A stretch of 64,000 nt of DNA, from assembly GCA_964584775.1 (NCBI GenBank), contig CAZPBC010000008.1, forward strand, positions 1,570 to 65,569. Direction: 5' to 3'. How positions within the stretch are numbered: the first letter of the stretch is position 1; the number at the start of each line of letters is the position of its first letter. Below the pieces are notes generated by a model, which was given only the letters and a program-made list of their open reading frames with translations, had not been told where the DNA came from and searched no databases. Below, one piece after another: positions 26,449 through 35,188 of this stretch. A program made the position numbers and the translations under genes. Origin of the DNA: an uncultured bacterium (GTDB lineage Bacteria; Chlamydiota; Chlamydiia; Chlamydiales; SLFE01).

Positions 26449-26958
26449 ATGGCAGATCTAGCAGCGTCCTACCCTCTCCAGCAAGTCTTGATGATTAAAA
26501 AGCGTCGGGTAGAAGAGGCAGAGAGAAAGCTAAAAGAAAAAAGAGAAGCTCTTAAAAAAGAGCAAGAAATTTTAAAGGAGAAAGAAAAAGCACGGGATAA
26601 AGTTCTCAAACACAAAAATGAGAAGCTTGCTCAAATCCGTGCTGAGATGGACAAAAAAGAACCCACCTCCTCGCAAAAAATCCAGCAGATGAAAGACTAC
26701 ATTAAAGTCGTTGAGGTGAAGCTGGAGGAGGAAGAGAAAAAAGTTCAAGAACAGCAGGCACAAGTCGACCAAGCTCAGGCAGAAGTCGACCAGGCAAAAG
26801 AGGAGCTCAGGCTCAAAAACTTAGAAGTCGATAAGCTCAACACTCACAAAGAAGAGTGGATCTTGATGATGAAAAAAGAGCTCGCTGTGATAGAAGGACG
26901 AGAAATGGATGAAATTGGTTCCATCATCTTTCAGATGCACCAAATGAAGAAAAAATAA
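26449..26958 (+). CDS. sctO: T3SS stalk protein SctO (CdsO, FliJ/YscO-like)
   Basis: A 169-aa K/E-rich coiled coil immediately after sctN. Confidence 0.75.
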   Translation: MADLAASYPLQQVLMIKKRRVEEAERKLKEKREALKKEQEILKEKEKARDKVLKHKNEKLAQIRAEMDKKEPTSSQKIQQMKDYIKVVEVKLEEEEKKVQEQQAQVDQAQAEVDQAKEELRLKNLEVDKLNTHKEEWILMMKKELAVIEGREMDEIGSIIFQMHQMKKK

Positions 26959-26987
26959 AAACCCTACATGGGTAGGGAGGGTAAGTG

Positions 26988-27728
26988 ATGCAAAATTTTG
27001 ACCCAAAAATGTACAACAAAGAACCCCCTAAATCTCCTCCAGGAGTGACCTCTAAGAGAGCGGTCGAGCGCGGTGAGCATATCACCGACGGGGAGACGAA
27101 GCGGAAGAAATTCAGCCTCTCTGATGAAAAGAAATCAGCAAAAGAAGATCCAAAAGAGGTGAAGAGCGAAACCTCTCCTTTTGCTCTTGTTGGAGAGAGA
27201 AAAGGCAGAGTTCAAGCGAAGGATGGAGAGCCTCAAGAAGAGGTTGTTGGAAAAGATCCCAAAGCCAAAGACCGCCCTTTTGACGCAATGGTTCCCGGAC
27301 AGATCGCCGCAGCCCCCATCGATGCGGAAGCTGTCGCTCGCCCACAAAAGATCACGATGGAAGATCTGATGAAAGAGCTCATTAACAGTCTCACGATCTT
27401 AAAATCCAAGGGGCAGACAGAGACCACCGTTGAAATCCGTCACCCCCCTCTTTTCGCTGGAGCCACGCTACAACTCAAAGCCTTTGACACTGCGAAAGGA
27501 GAGTTTAACATCACTTTCTCTCAGCTTCCTCCTGATGCTAAAGCACTTATGGATCAACCAGGCGTCAGAGAATCGCTCTTACAAAACATGGCTGAGAAAG
27601 GATTCATCGTTCACATCCTTGTCGCTACAACAGAAAAGGATCAGACCGTAGCGATGGACCAAACGGAAGAATCCAAAAAAGAGCAAGACGAAAGACACGA
27701 AGATCAACAACCCCAAGAGGATAGATAA
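26988..27728 (+). CDS. sctP: Needle-length/substrate-switch protein SctP (CdsP)
   Basis: It holds the position after sctO. The N-terminus is disordered. The C-terminal domain is T3S4-like (TTVEIRHPPLFAGATLQLKAFDTAKGEFNITFSQLPPDAKALMDQPGVRESLLQNMAEKGFIVHIL). The RBS GGGAGGG precedes the ATG at 26988. Confidence 0.7.
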   Translation: MQNFDPKMYNKEPPKSPPGVTSKRAVERGEHITDGETKRKKFSLSDEKKSAKEDPKEVKSETSPFALVGERKGRVQAKDGEPQEEVVGKDPKAKDRPFDAMVPGQIAAAPIDAEAVARPQKITMEDLMKELINSLTILKSKGQTETTVEIRHPPLFAGATLQLKAFDTAKGEFNITFSQLPPDAKALMDQPGVRESLLQNMAEKGFIVHILVATTEKDQTVAMDQTEESKKEQDERHEDQQPQEDR

Positions 27729-27788
27729 CTCTCCTCTCCTCGACTTTTTTGTTGTCCTTTTTCTCTATTTCTTTGAGAATTAGCTTAC

Positions 27789-28694
27789 ATGGAAACAACA
27801 GACGTCCCCTACTCCTGGCTCAAAGCCGTGGACCCTAAAGTTGCAGAAGTCGACACGGTACCCCTTTTTGGAAAGGCACCCACCTTTCCGTGGGAAGAGT
27901 TCTCTTCCATTCTTGGGGACGCCCTCCAGATCCAAGAGTTAAAAATCGAACCGAGCAAAGTCCTCTGGCGTAGCGAAGAAGAACTCCTCTCGGGTTTTGG
28001 GGATGATGCACACATTCAAGAGGTCACCTTACCGGACCTTGAAGAGAGCTGCTTCCTCCTGCTTGCGGGTAGTGACTGGACCAAGATCGCTTCCTGGCTC
28101 ATCCAAGAGATTCCTCCTGTCTCTCTCGATCAGTTTGATCCTGAGGTCGTCCAAGCCTTAAAGACCTTCGTCTTTACGACGGTCCTACTCAAGTTTGGCG
28201 AAATCAGCTTTGACCCCACTCTCGCCCTCCATTTAAACAAAGAGTCGAACCTCCGCATGGAGCCCGCTCTCAGTGTGGATATTCTTGTGACAACCAACGG
28301 CACCCCCCTCACCGCCCGCCTCCTCCTCTCTAGCCGTTTCCTGGAGGGGTGGAAAAAACGCTTTGAAAACCAAAAAATGGAGATCCCTGTACAGACCGAA
28401 CTTTTAAAAAAGCTCTCTGTTGTCCTCCACCTCGAAATGGCGAAAGAGCTCCTCTCCAAAGATGAACTCGATTCTCTCCAGGTAGGTGACATCCTCCTCC
28501 TCAAAGACCTCACAGTCGATCCGAGCACCTACTCCGGAACAATTCAGATGACTTACAATGGCATTCCACGCTTCAAAGGAACCCTGAGCGATGGGGTTCT
28601 CAATGTGAACGAGTGTGTGTCCGCTTTTGAACAGCTGACCCCTCTACAAAAACCCGCCCAACCCTCTTCAGGAGAGCAAGAGACCGATGGATGA
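27789..28694 (+). CDS. sctQ: Cytoplasmic sorting-platform protein SctQ, N-terminal gene (ends with a SpoA-like domain)
   Basis: It holds the position after sctP. The C-terminal segment LSVVLHLEMAKELLSKDELDSLQVGDILLLKDL...GTIQMTYNGIPRFKGTLSDGVLNV fits the SpoA/FliN pattern. The stop overlaps the next start (ATGGATGA). Confidence 0.75.
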   Translation: METTDVPYSWLKAVDPKVAEVDTVPLFGKAPTFPWEEFSSILGDALQIQELKIEPSKVLWRSEEELLSGFGDDAHIQEVTLPDLEESCFLLLAGSDWTKIASWLIQEIPPVSLDQFDPEVVQALKTFVFTTVLLKFGEISFDPTLALHLNKESNLRMEPALSVDILVTTNGTPLTARLLLSSRFLEGWKKRFENQKMEIPVQTELLKKLSVVLHLEMAKELLSKDELDSLQVGDILLLKDLTVDPSTYSGTIQMTYNGIPRFKGTLSDGVLNVNECVSAFEQLTPLQKPAQPSSGEQETDG

Positions 28695-29193
28695 GACACC
28701 TGCAGACGACGAAAAAAAAGAACTCCAGCCCGAGTTTGACTTTGAAGAGTATGATGCTGAAGTAGAAGTGGAGGAAGAGGCCGGCGAAGTGCAGGAGGTT
28801 AAACTTCCCACCATTGAAGGCCTTGACGAGATTGAAGATGACATTCCTGAGATGCCCGACATCCCTGAGGGATCCACGATCTCTCCCGCAGCAGCTGCAG
28901 CAGCTGAGGAGGCTGAGTCTGTGGAAGCTCCGGCAGAGGAAACAGCAACAGGAGCAGCTCCTCTCGATGCTCCAGCCACACCAGGAGAGCTACAAGTCAC
29001 TCTCGTTGTCGAAGCTGGACGCGTCCATGTCCCTCTAGACCAGCTCCTTCAGATGAGCGAAGGAAACACTTTAGACTTGGATGTCCACCCCGAAAAGGGT
29101 GTTGACCTAGTCGTAGACGGACAGTGTGTTGGTCGAGGCGAGCTCGTCAAAATCGGTGACCACCTGGGAGTCCGGATCCTAGATATGGGCTAA
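28687..29193 (+). CDS. SctQ-C-like protein (acidic linker plus SpoA/FliN domain) encoded as a separate overlapping ORF
   Basis: The C-terminus LQVTLVVEAGRVHVPLDQLLQMSEGNTLDLDVHPEKGVDLVVDGQCVGRGELVKIGDHLGVRILD is a clear FliN/SpoA motif. The start overlaps the upstream stop by 8 nt. Confidence 0.75.
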   Translation: MDETPADDEKKELQPEFDFEEYDAEVEVEEEAGEVQEVKLPTIEGLDEIEDDIPEMPDIPEGSTISPAAAAAAEEAESVEAPAEETATGAAPLDAPATPGELQVTLVVEAGRVHVPLDQLLQMSEGNTLDLDVHPEKGVDLVVDGQCVGRGELVKIGDHLGVRILDMG

Positions 29194-29199
29194 TCCAAT

Positions 29200-30042
29200 A
29201 TGGCCGACGAAGACTTTCACACCCGAGCAACACAGCCAGGCGGCTTCGATAAATCCCCCACCAGCGCCCCATCTGATCACCCAAAAGAGATCGCAGGCTT
29301 TGAGATCCTAGAGCATTTAGACACTGGAGGGATGAGCCATATCTACCGCGCAAAACACCCTCAAATCGAGGAAGAAATTGTTGTTAAAGTCCTTGCCACG
29401 CGGTTTTTGAAAAATGATGAGGTGGTGGGGCGTTTTCTGAAAGAAGCGAGCATCATCGCCCTTGCAGACCACCCCAACATTGTCAAACTCTACCGTTGGG
29501 GCCAATGGGAAGGAGGCCTCTACATCGCCATGGAAGCGATCGAAGGAACCTCGCTCCACTCGCTGATCGAAAGCGGCCAGATCCGCTATCCTCAATGCTT
29601 AAAGCTGGTTCTTGAAACAGCCTATGCGCTTTGCCATCTACATACCCACTCTATCATCCACCGTGACCTAAAACTGGAAAATATCCTCGTGACGAAAGAA
29701 GGCCAAGTCAAAGTGATTGATTTTGGAGTTTCTCAACTTCTAAGAGAGCAAAAAGCCTCTTCGAAGAGAGGAAAGCAAATTATTGGAACCCCCATCTACA
29801 TGAGCCCGGAGCAGTACGAAACCCCCGACCTCGTCTCCTACCCCTCCGACATCTACTCTCTTGGGATCGTCGCCTACGAAATGATCACTGGAAAAGTGCT
29901 CAAAGGACCCTTAGACCTCCATCAAGTTCCAGAAGCCTTACGCCCTATTCTCTCACGCTGCTTGAAGCGCCTTCCCGAAGAGCGTTACCAAGATGTTGTC
30001 GACTTCATTGCGGACCTTTCTGAAGTTGTAAACCAACTTTAA
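29200..30042 (+). CDS. pkn5: Ser/Thr protein kinase Pkn5-like (T3SS-cluster kinase)
   Basis: Hanks motifs are present: VVKVL (Lys), HRDLKLENILV, VIDFGVS, GTPIYMSPEQ and DIYSLGIVAYEM. It has the same position as CT673, between cdsQ and cdsC. Confidence 0.85.
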   Translation: MADEDFHTRATQPGGFDKSPTSAPSDHPKEIAGFEILEHLDTGGMSHIYRAKHPQIEEEIVVKVLATRFLKNDEVVGRFLKEASIIALADHPNIVKLYRWGQWEGGLYIAMEAIEGTSLHSLIESGQIRYPQCLKLVLETAYALCHLHTHSIIHRDLKLENILVTKEGQVKVIDFGVSQLLREQKASSKRGKQIIGTPIYMSPEQYETPDLVSYPSDIYSLGIVAYEMITGKVLKGPLDLHQVPEALRPILSRCLKRLPEERYQDVVDFIADLSEVVNQL

Positions 30043-30143
30043 GTCGTCTCCAGGGAATATATCCTTAAAAGAGAAGAAAAAAGGTGAAAAAATATCCCTT
30101 TATCTGAGAACATTCGGATTTAATTACTTACCGTCGAAACGAT

Positions 30144-33100
30144 ATGATCCGAAGACCGACACTCTCGAGACTAGGCCTCTACAGCACCATCACGCTCATT
30201 GGAGTGAGTATCCTTGCCCTCTCCTCGCAGAGTTTCGCTATCCCCCCCAAACCTGGGTTCAATTCCAGACTCAATGAGGTTGCCGATACCCCCAATCTCC
30301 CCGAGGAAAATCTCAAAGCCTGGGAGAAACAACTTCATGACGAAGCTGAGGAGAACATCCAAAGCCTCGACAGCGATCTAGAACCCCTAGATGAGGAAGA
30401 TTTAGAGGATGAAGACCCGCAAATGCTCCTCCCTGAAGATGAGGATCTTGAACCTGAGATCGACGATGATGTTTTTAGTACGCCTGACCTTCAAAAGACG
30501 CCCGCCTTCATCGCCTGGACAAAAAGAGACCTCTCAGCCCAAGAACTAGACCTCAATGAACGCACTCTCACTCATATCCAGCTAAAGGAAAAAGCGGCAG
30601 CCCTCACTCAAGAGGTCTACACACTTCGAAGTCAACCTGCACGCGGTCATGCTGAGCAGCGTGGCCAGGCTTCACAGGCAGCCATCGCACGAAAAAGAGA
30701 GGCGTCCCTTCCCTTCCAACCTTCTCAACTCGATAAAGAGCTCCTCACCCACCTGCTTGAGGGTGCTGAGGCTAAAAAAATAGAAAAGTGGACCTCCTCT
30801 GAAAATATGATTGTCGGCCTTCCCGCAGCAGGAGAGGAAATCGCAACACTTGACCTCCCCCTACCCGCCGAAGATCCGAACCCAGAGCTCGACACGCTTG
30901 AAACCGAGCCTGTTCCTGAGAGAGCCGCTCCCATCCCACTTGAAGGCAGCGACCCCAACCTACTTCCCTCTATCCAGGGAGATGAGACGATCGAAGAGGA
31001 TCCCCCTCTTCTCGCTTTCCATGAACCAACAGATGAGCAGGACTCCTCCCTCCTTTCACAAAGGGTGAGCCCCGACGCTCCTGGATCCCCCAAATATAAC
31101 TTCTACAGCGGTGAAAGCCAAACTCAAGGCGCTTTTGACGACGACAACAGCGATGAAGAGAAAGACCAAGAGACCTTCATCCCTACCCGTCAACCCAGAC
31201 AGCAAACCGTTCCCGCTCCTACTGAGCAACCGGTTCAATACACTCCTGAACCTGAGCCACAGCCCATCCAACTCGACTACGAGTACATCAAAGAGCGTGG
31301 CGGAAAAGGAAGCATCATCCTTCCCACAGAAGCTGAGTTCAAAGAAGAGGTTCAACAAAAGGGAGACCCCCTCAACCTCTTCCCTCCTGAAAGAGAACAG
31401 CCCGCACCTGAACCTGAAGAGCCCGCCGATGTTCCCCTCCTCCCTGAAGGAGGTTTTCAGCAGCCTCAAGCCGCTGAGAAGGCCACAAAGGAGCAGTCCC
31501 AAGAGGATCAGTCCCCAGAAGAGCAGCCCGCTAAAGAGGAATCAGCAAGGAAGCAAAAATGGGAGAAAAAGACCCCCTCACAACCTGCCACAGGTGTCAC
31601 AAGCCCCCTTCCCCAAACAGAAAAAGCCACCACACCTGGCACCGCTTCTGACGCCACACCTGCAGACGCGCAGTCAGACTCTGGGAAAGCGACACCGACC
31701 AAGGCTCCATCCCCCTCATCAGGCGGTCAGAGTGGAGAAACTCCGGTGAGTGAAGAGGCGCGAAAAGAAGAAGCTGAAGAGGGAGAAGCACCGACCTACT
31801 TTGTGAAGTTCAACAATGTCACGATGTCCGAGTACATCCGCTATGTGAGTATGTTCACAGGGAAAAACTTTATCTTTGACCCCGAAGATCTCGACTTCAA
31901 AGTCACCATCGTCTCGAATGAGCCAACCACAGTTCAAAACATCATGGCCGCCACCTTGCAGATGCTACGCATCCGCGGTCTCTCGATGTCGGAGATGGGA
32001 AACAACATCATCATCTTTAGAGAAGTGGGAATCAATAGCCCAGCCACCGTCGTCGGTAGCGGAAAAGAGCCCCCTAAAGACACCGATATCATCACTCAAG
32101 TTTACAGCCTCACGAACGCAGACCCTGCAACGCTCGCTAACATCATCCGCCCGATGCTTTCAGAAAGTGCGATCGTCGAAGCCGTTCCTCAAAGCCGCCA
32201 CCTGATTGTCACAGGCTTGACTGCCAACGTGAACCGCATCACGAAACTGATTGAGAATATCGACTCCCCTGAAACAAGCCTCGAAGTCGGTGAGTACACC
32301 GCCCGTGCCATCACGATTTCTCAAGCCATTGAAGTTGCCGAAGAGCTCCTGCTTCCCATTGTAGGTGACCGCCCCTTTGTCATTACATCGCTTCCGGCGA
32401 AAAACACCGCTTACGTCGTTTCCACTCCGATCATCGTCGCACAAGCTCTCGCTCTCCTGAAGCAGATCGATGTCGGAACGGACATTCCAGATCTCGAGAA
32501 CTTAACCGAAGAAGAGCGCCGCCGCCGAGAACAGGAACGTCTAGAGAGCCTCGAGAGAAGTCAAAGACTCGATCAGGCGAGTGGAAAATGGAAACCAGAG
32601 AGCGTCCTTGGTACGGTTCGTGGAACAAAATTCTACCTTCATAAGCTCCAGTACCGCAAAGGGGACCAGATCCAACAAGCCCTCCAAGCGGTGGCTCAAA
32701 GCCTTCAACAAGTCCAAATTGAAGAGGAAGAGGTCGATCTGATCGCAACGATCAACAGTGTCCAGTGGATCGAATCGTCGAACTCTCTCGTCTTTACAGG
32801 AACTCCTGGAACCCTTCAGCTCGTGAAAGAGCTTGTCGATGAAATCGACACGGCCCTCCCTCAGGTTCTCATTGAAGTGTTGATCCTTGAAGCCACCCTC
32901 GATGACACACTCACCTTTGGTGTCGACTGGGGAACCCGCTTTGGAGGTCCTGACGCTGCCGGAGCACAAGCCTTCCTCGCGACAAACTCTCCTCTAAACC
33001 AGGCCCTCGACTCTACCGTCCCCACCAACTTCGGACCAGACGCTTCTGGGCTCGCTAGAGCAGCAGGATTCAACCTCGGTGTCATTGGACGAACTGTCAC

Positions 33101-33884
33101 CAAGAGCGGATGTAACTTCGGCTCTGTCGCAGCCCTTGTTTCAGCATTGAACGCAGAAAGCCGCATCGACATCCTCCTGAACCCTAAAATCGTTGTCGAA
33201 GATAACGCGACAGCAGAGTTCTTCGTAGGAATTAACACCGCCTTCCAGACCCAGTCGATTGCCAACGATTTTGGTACCACGATCTCTAGTAACTTCGAGT
33301 TTAAAGACGTCGGTAGTACGATCAAAGTCACCCCTCTCGTGGGCAACAACGGCATCATCACCCTGGACATCGAGCAAGAGGTGAGCTCTGCTGCCGGAGG
33401 AACCTTCCCCACAGGCGGGGGAGGAACGACTGTCACCACAGGGGGTGGAGGTGGACAATCCGACACAGCAACGGGTGGGTCGAGCACCACAGGCGCTCAG
33501 AGTATTGGACCAACCACACGAAAAAGCACCACCAAAACACGCATCCATATGCCTGATGGGTACTTCCTAATCATGAGTGGTCAGATCCGGGATGAAAGGG
33601 AAGAGATCCGTAACCAAGTTCCCTGCTTAGGTGGTATCCCCTTCCTCGGAGGCTTCTTCTCGCAGAAAAGAACACGTATCGATAAGAAAAACCTCATGCT
33701 CTTCATCCGACCTCAGATCGTTGATGTAGAACGCATCAACCCGATCACCAAGCGTCAACAAGATATTTGGAAACATAGAAAACGCCACAAAAAACGTTGG
33801 CAGTTTGAAGTCGATGAAGCACTGGACTTCTTTAACATCCGTGAACCTTATGGCAAGTCTGAAGAGAGACCGCTTAGAAACTAA
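30144..33884 (+). CDS. sctC: T3SS outer-membrane secretin SctC (CdsC) with a very long acidic/proline-rich N-terminal extension
   Basis: It has a signal-like N-terminus and about 540 aa of low-complexity E/D/P/Q-rich sequence. Secretin N-domains follow, then the C-terminal secretin core (VLIEVLILEATLDD...FGVDWG...LLNPKIVVEDNATAEFFVG...VPCLGGIPFLGGFFS). Confidence 0.9.
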   Translation: MIRRPTLSRLGLYSTITLIGVSILALSSQSFAIPPKPGFNSRLNEVADTPNLPEENLKAWEKQLHDEAEENIQSLDSDLEPLDEEDLEDEDPQMLLPEDEDLEPEIDDDVFSTPDLQKTPAFIAWTKRDLSAQELDLNERTLTHIQLKEKAAALTQEVYTLRSQPARGHAEQRGQASQAAIARKREASLPFQPSQLDKELLTHLLEGAEAKKIEKWTSSENMIVGLPAAGEEIATLDLPLPAEDPNPELDTLETEPVPERAAPIPLEGSDPNLLPSIQGDETIEEDPPLLAFHEPTDEQDSSLLSQRVSPDAPGSPKYNFYSGESQTQGAFDDDNSDEEKDQETFIPTRQPRQQTVPAPTEQPVQYTPEPEPQPIQLDYEYIKERGGKGSIILPTEAEFKEEVQQKGDPLNLFPPEREQPAPEPEEPADVPLLPEGGFQQPQAAEKATKEQSQEDQSPEEQPAKEESARKQKWEKKTPSQPATGVTSPLPQTEKATTPGTASDATPADAQSDSGKATPTKAPSPSSGGQSGETPVSEEARKEEAEEGEAPTYFVKFNNVTMSEYIRYVSMFTGKNFIFDPEDLDFKVTIVSNEPTTVQNIMAATLQMLRIRGLSMSEMGNNIIIFREVGINSPATVVGSGKEPPKDTDIITQVYSLTNADPATLANIIRPMLSESAIVEAVPQSRHLIVTGLTANVNRITKLIENIDSPETSLEVGEYTARAITISQAIEVAEELLLPIVGDRPFVITSLPAKNTAYVVSTPIIVAQALALLKQIDVGTDIPDLENLTEEERRRREQERLESLERSQRLDQASGKWKPESVLGTVRGTKFYLHKLQYRKGDQIQQALQAVAQSLQQVQIEEEEVDLIATINSVQWIESSNSLVFTGTPGTLQLVKELVDEIDTALPQVLIEVLILEATLDDTLTFGVDWGTRFGGPDAAGAQAFLATNSPLNQALDSTVPTNFGPDASGLARAAGFNLGVIGRTVTKSGCNFGSVAALVSALNAESRIDILLNPKIVVEDNATAEFFVGINTAFQTQSIANDFGTTISSNFEFKDVGSTIKVTPLVGNNGIITLDIEQEVSSAAGGTFPTGGGGTTVTTGGGGGQSDTATGGSSTTGAQSIGPTTRKSTTKTRIHMPDGYFLIMSGQIRDEREEIRNQVPCLGGIPFLGGFFSQKRTRIDKKNLMLFIRPQIVDVERINPITKRQQDIWKHRKRHKKRWQFEVDEALDFFNIREPYGKSEERPLRN

Positions 33885-34800
33885 GCTCCTCGTTTCGATC
33901 CTTCTTCTCACTTTTTTGACGGGCTGTCATCCGCGCACCTACGTGTTGGACCCCAACCTCTGCTATACGCCTACAACCTGCGACATCGCAGAAAGGAGCT
34001 CTCCGTTCCCTCCGTTAGAAAAAGAGGAGTTGAAAGAAGAGTGGGGTAAGGAGCTTCTCATCGGGGAAAAATTTGGTGAAGAACTGGACCTCTACCGCTC
34101 GATTACTGCCCTGAAAAGAGCTCTTTTTCTCATCCCTGAAGACGAGAGTGAAAGGCGCACTCAAATAGAGTATGACATCCTCACCGCCTACTTCTTTGCA
34201 GAAAAATACAGCGACGTCATCCGCAGTTTTGACGAATCTAATCTCAAAAATCTTTCCAAAGACTCCCCCCTCTTCAACGACCTCCTCGTGATGCTCGTCC
34301 TCTCCTACGAAAAGATCTGCGACCCTTATAAGGCGAAAGTCGTCTTAGATATCCTCCGCGAGTCGGCCCCGGAACGTGCAGAGAAACTCCAACTCTCTAA
34401 AGCTATCCAAGAGGGAGACCTACCGACCCTCCAAGCCATGAACCGGCCCAGCTGGGTTGACTGCTACTGCCAAGAACGCCTCTCCGTTCGAAAAGCGCAA
34501 ATCTACAACGCCCTTTTTCCAGGAGCAGGCTACTACTATGTTGGACAAAAGAAGACAGCCCTCACCTCTTTCGTGCTAAACGCCCTTTTCCTCACCGCCA
34601 CAGCCCAATTTTTCAAGCAGGGATACATCTCTGCCGGAATCATTACCGCCAGCCTGGAGTTTGGTTGGTACGTCGGAGGGATCAACGGCGCAGGCCTTGC
34701 TGCAAAATTCCACAACGATCACACTTACAGTCAATATGCGCGTGAGTCCATGATCGAAGACCAACTTTTTCCCACCCTCATGATCCAACATGCGTTTTAA
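33850..34800 (+). CDS. Lipoprotein with a TPR-like helical domain and a C-terminal Gly/aromatic membrane hairpin, coupled to sctC
   Basis: The signal peptide plus lipobox reads KLLVSILLLTFLTGC. The middle is helical-repeat-like. The C-terminus is ALFPGAGYYYVGQKKTALTSFVLNALFLTATAQFF...GIITASLEFGWYVGGINGAGL. It overlaps the sctC end by 35 nt. The start is uncertain (alternative at 33805). Confidence 0.6.
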   Translation: MASLKRDRLETKLLVSILLLTFLTGCHPRTYVLDPNLCYTPTTCDIAERSSPFPPLEKEELKEEWGKELLIGEKFGEELDLYRSITALKRALFLIPEDESERRTQIEYDILTAYFFAEKYSDVIRSFDESNLKNLSKDSPLFNDLLVMLVLSYEKICDPYKAKVVLDILRESAPERAEKLQLSKAIQEGDLPTLQAMNRPSWVDCYCQERLSVRKAQIYNALFPGAGYYYVGQKKTALTSFVLNALFLTATAQFFKQGYISAGIITASLEFGWYVGGINGAGLAAKFHNDHTYSQYARESMIEDQLFPTLMIQHAF

Positions 34801-35188
34801 CACTATCTTCTTATTCCTCATCCCCTCCCTCCTCGTCTCTGTACCTTATAATCCGACCGAGAGAAAAGCCTGGGGCCCTTGGGGAAAAGACGCTTCGCTT
34901 AGCAAACAGAAAACCTCTACACCGAAGCAGGAATCCAACCTCCTGATCACCGCCGCTTCAAAAGTCATCCAGCTGCGGCAAGAGGTCCTCACACACGCTG
35001 ATGGCCCAAGGAGCCACTACTTCCCCTCCAGCTCACAGTATGCACTCGATGCACTGCATAAATATGGATTTTTCTGGGGCTACCTGCTCGCCTGCGACCG
35101 CCTCATGAGAGAAAATGATGACGAATGGGTCTATGCTACCACCGACATCGACCCGCTCCACATCCTTAAATATGACCCGGTACAGTAG
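34790..35188 (+). CDS. YidD-family (haemolytic domain/DUF37-like) protein lacking the conserved cysteines
   Basis: GPRSHYFPSSSQYALDALHKYGFFWGYLLACDRLMREN aligns with E. coli YidD [38 protein letters not shown], with both Cys replaced by Ser. An N-terminal signal/TM segment is present. It overlaps the upstream gene by 11 nt. Confidence 0.6.
   Translation: MRFNTIFLFLIPSLLVSVPYNPTERKAWGPWGKDASLSKQKTSTPKQESNLLITAASKVIQLRQEVLTHADGPRSHYFPSSSQYALDALHKYGFFWGYLLACDRLMRENDDEWVYATTDIDPLHILKYDPVQ

Noticed and set aside
30725-31791. Several alternative-frame and antisense ORFs (30725-31093, 31056-31502, 31111-31749, 31508-31702 and 31597-31791) within the sctC 5' half
   Set aside because: Low-complexity Pro/Glu-rich coding sequence leaves other frames open. 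The secretin frame is continuous from the signal peptide to the conserved C-domain.
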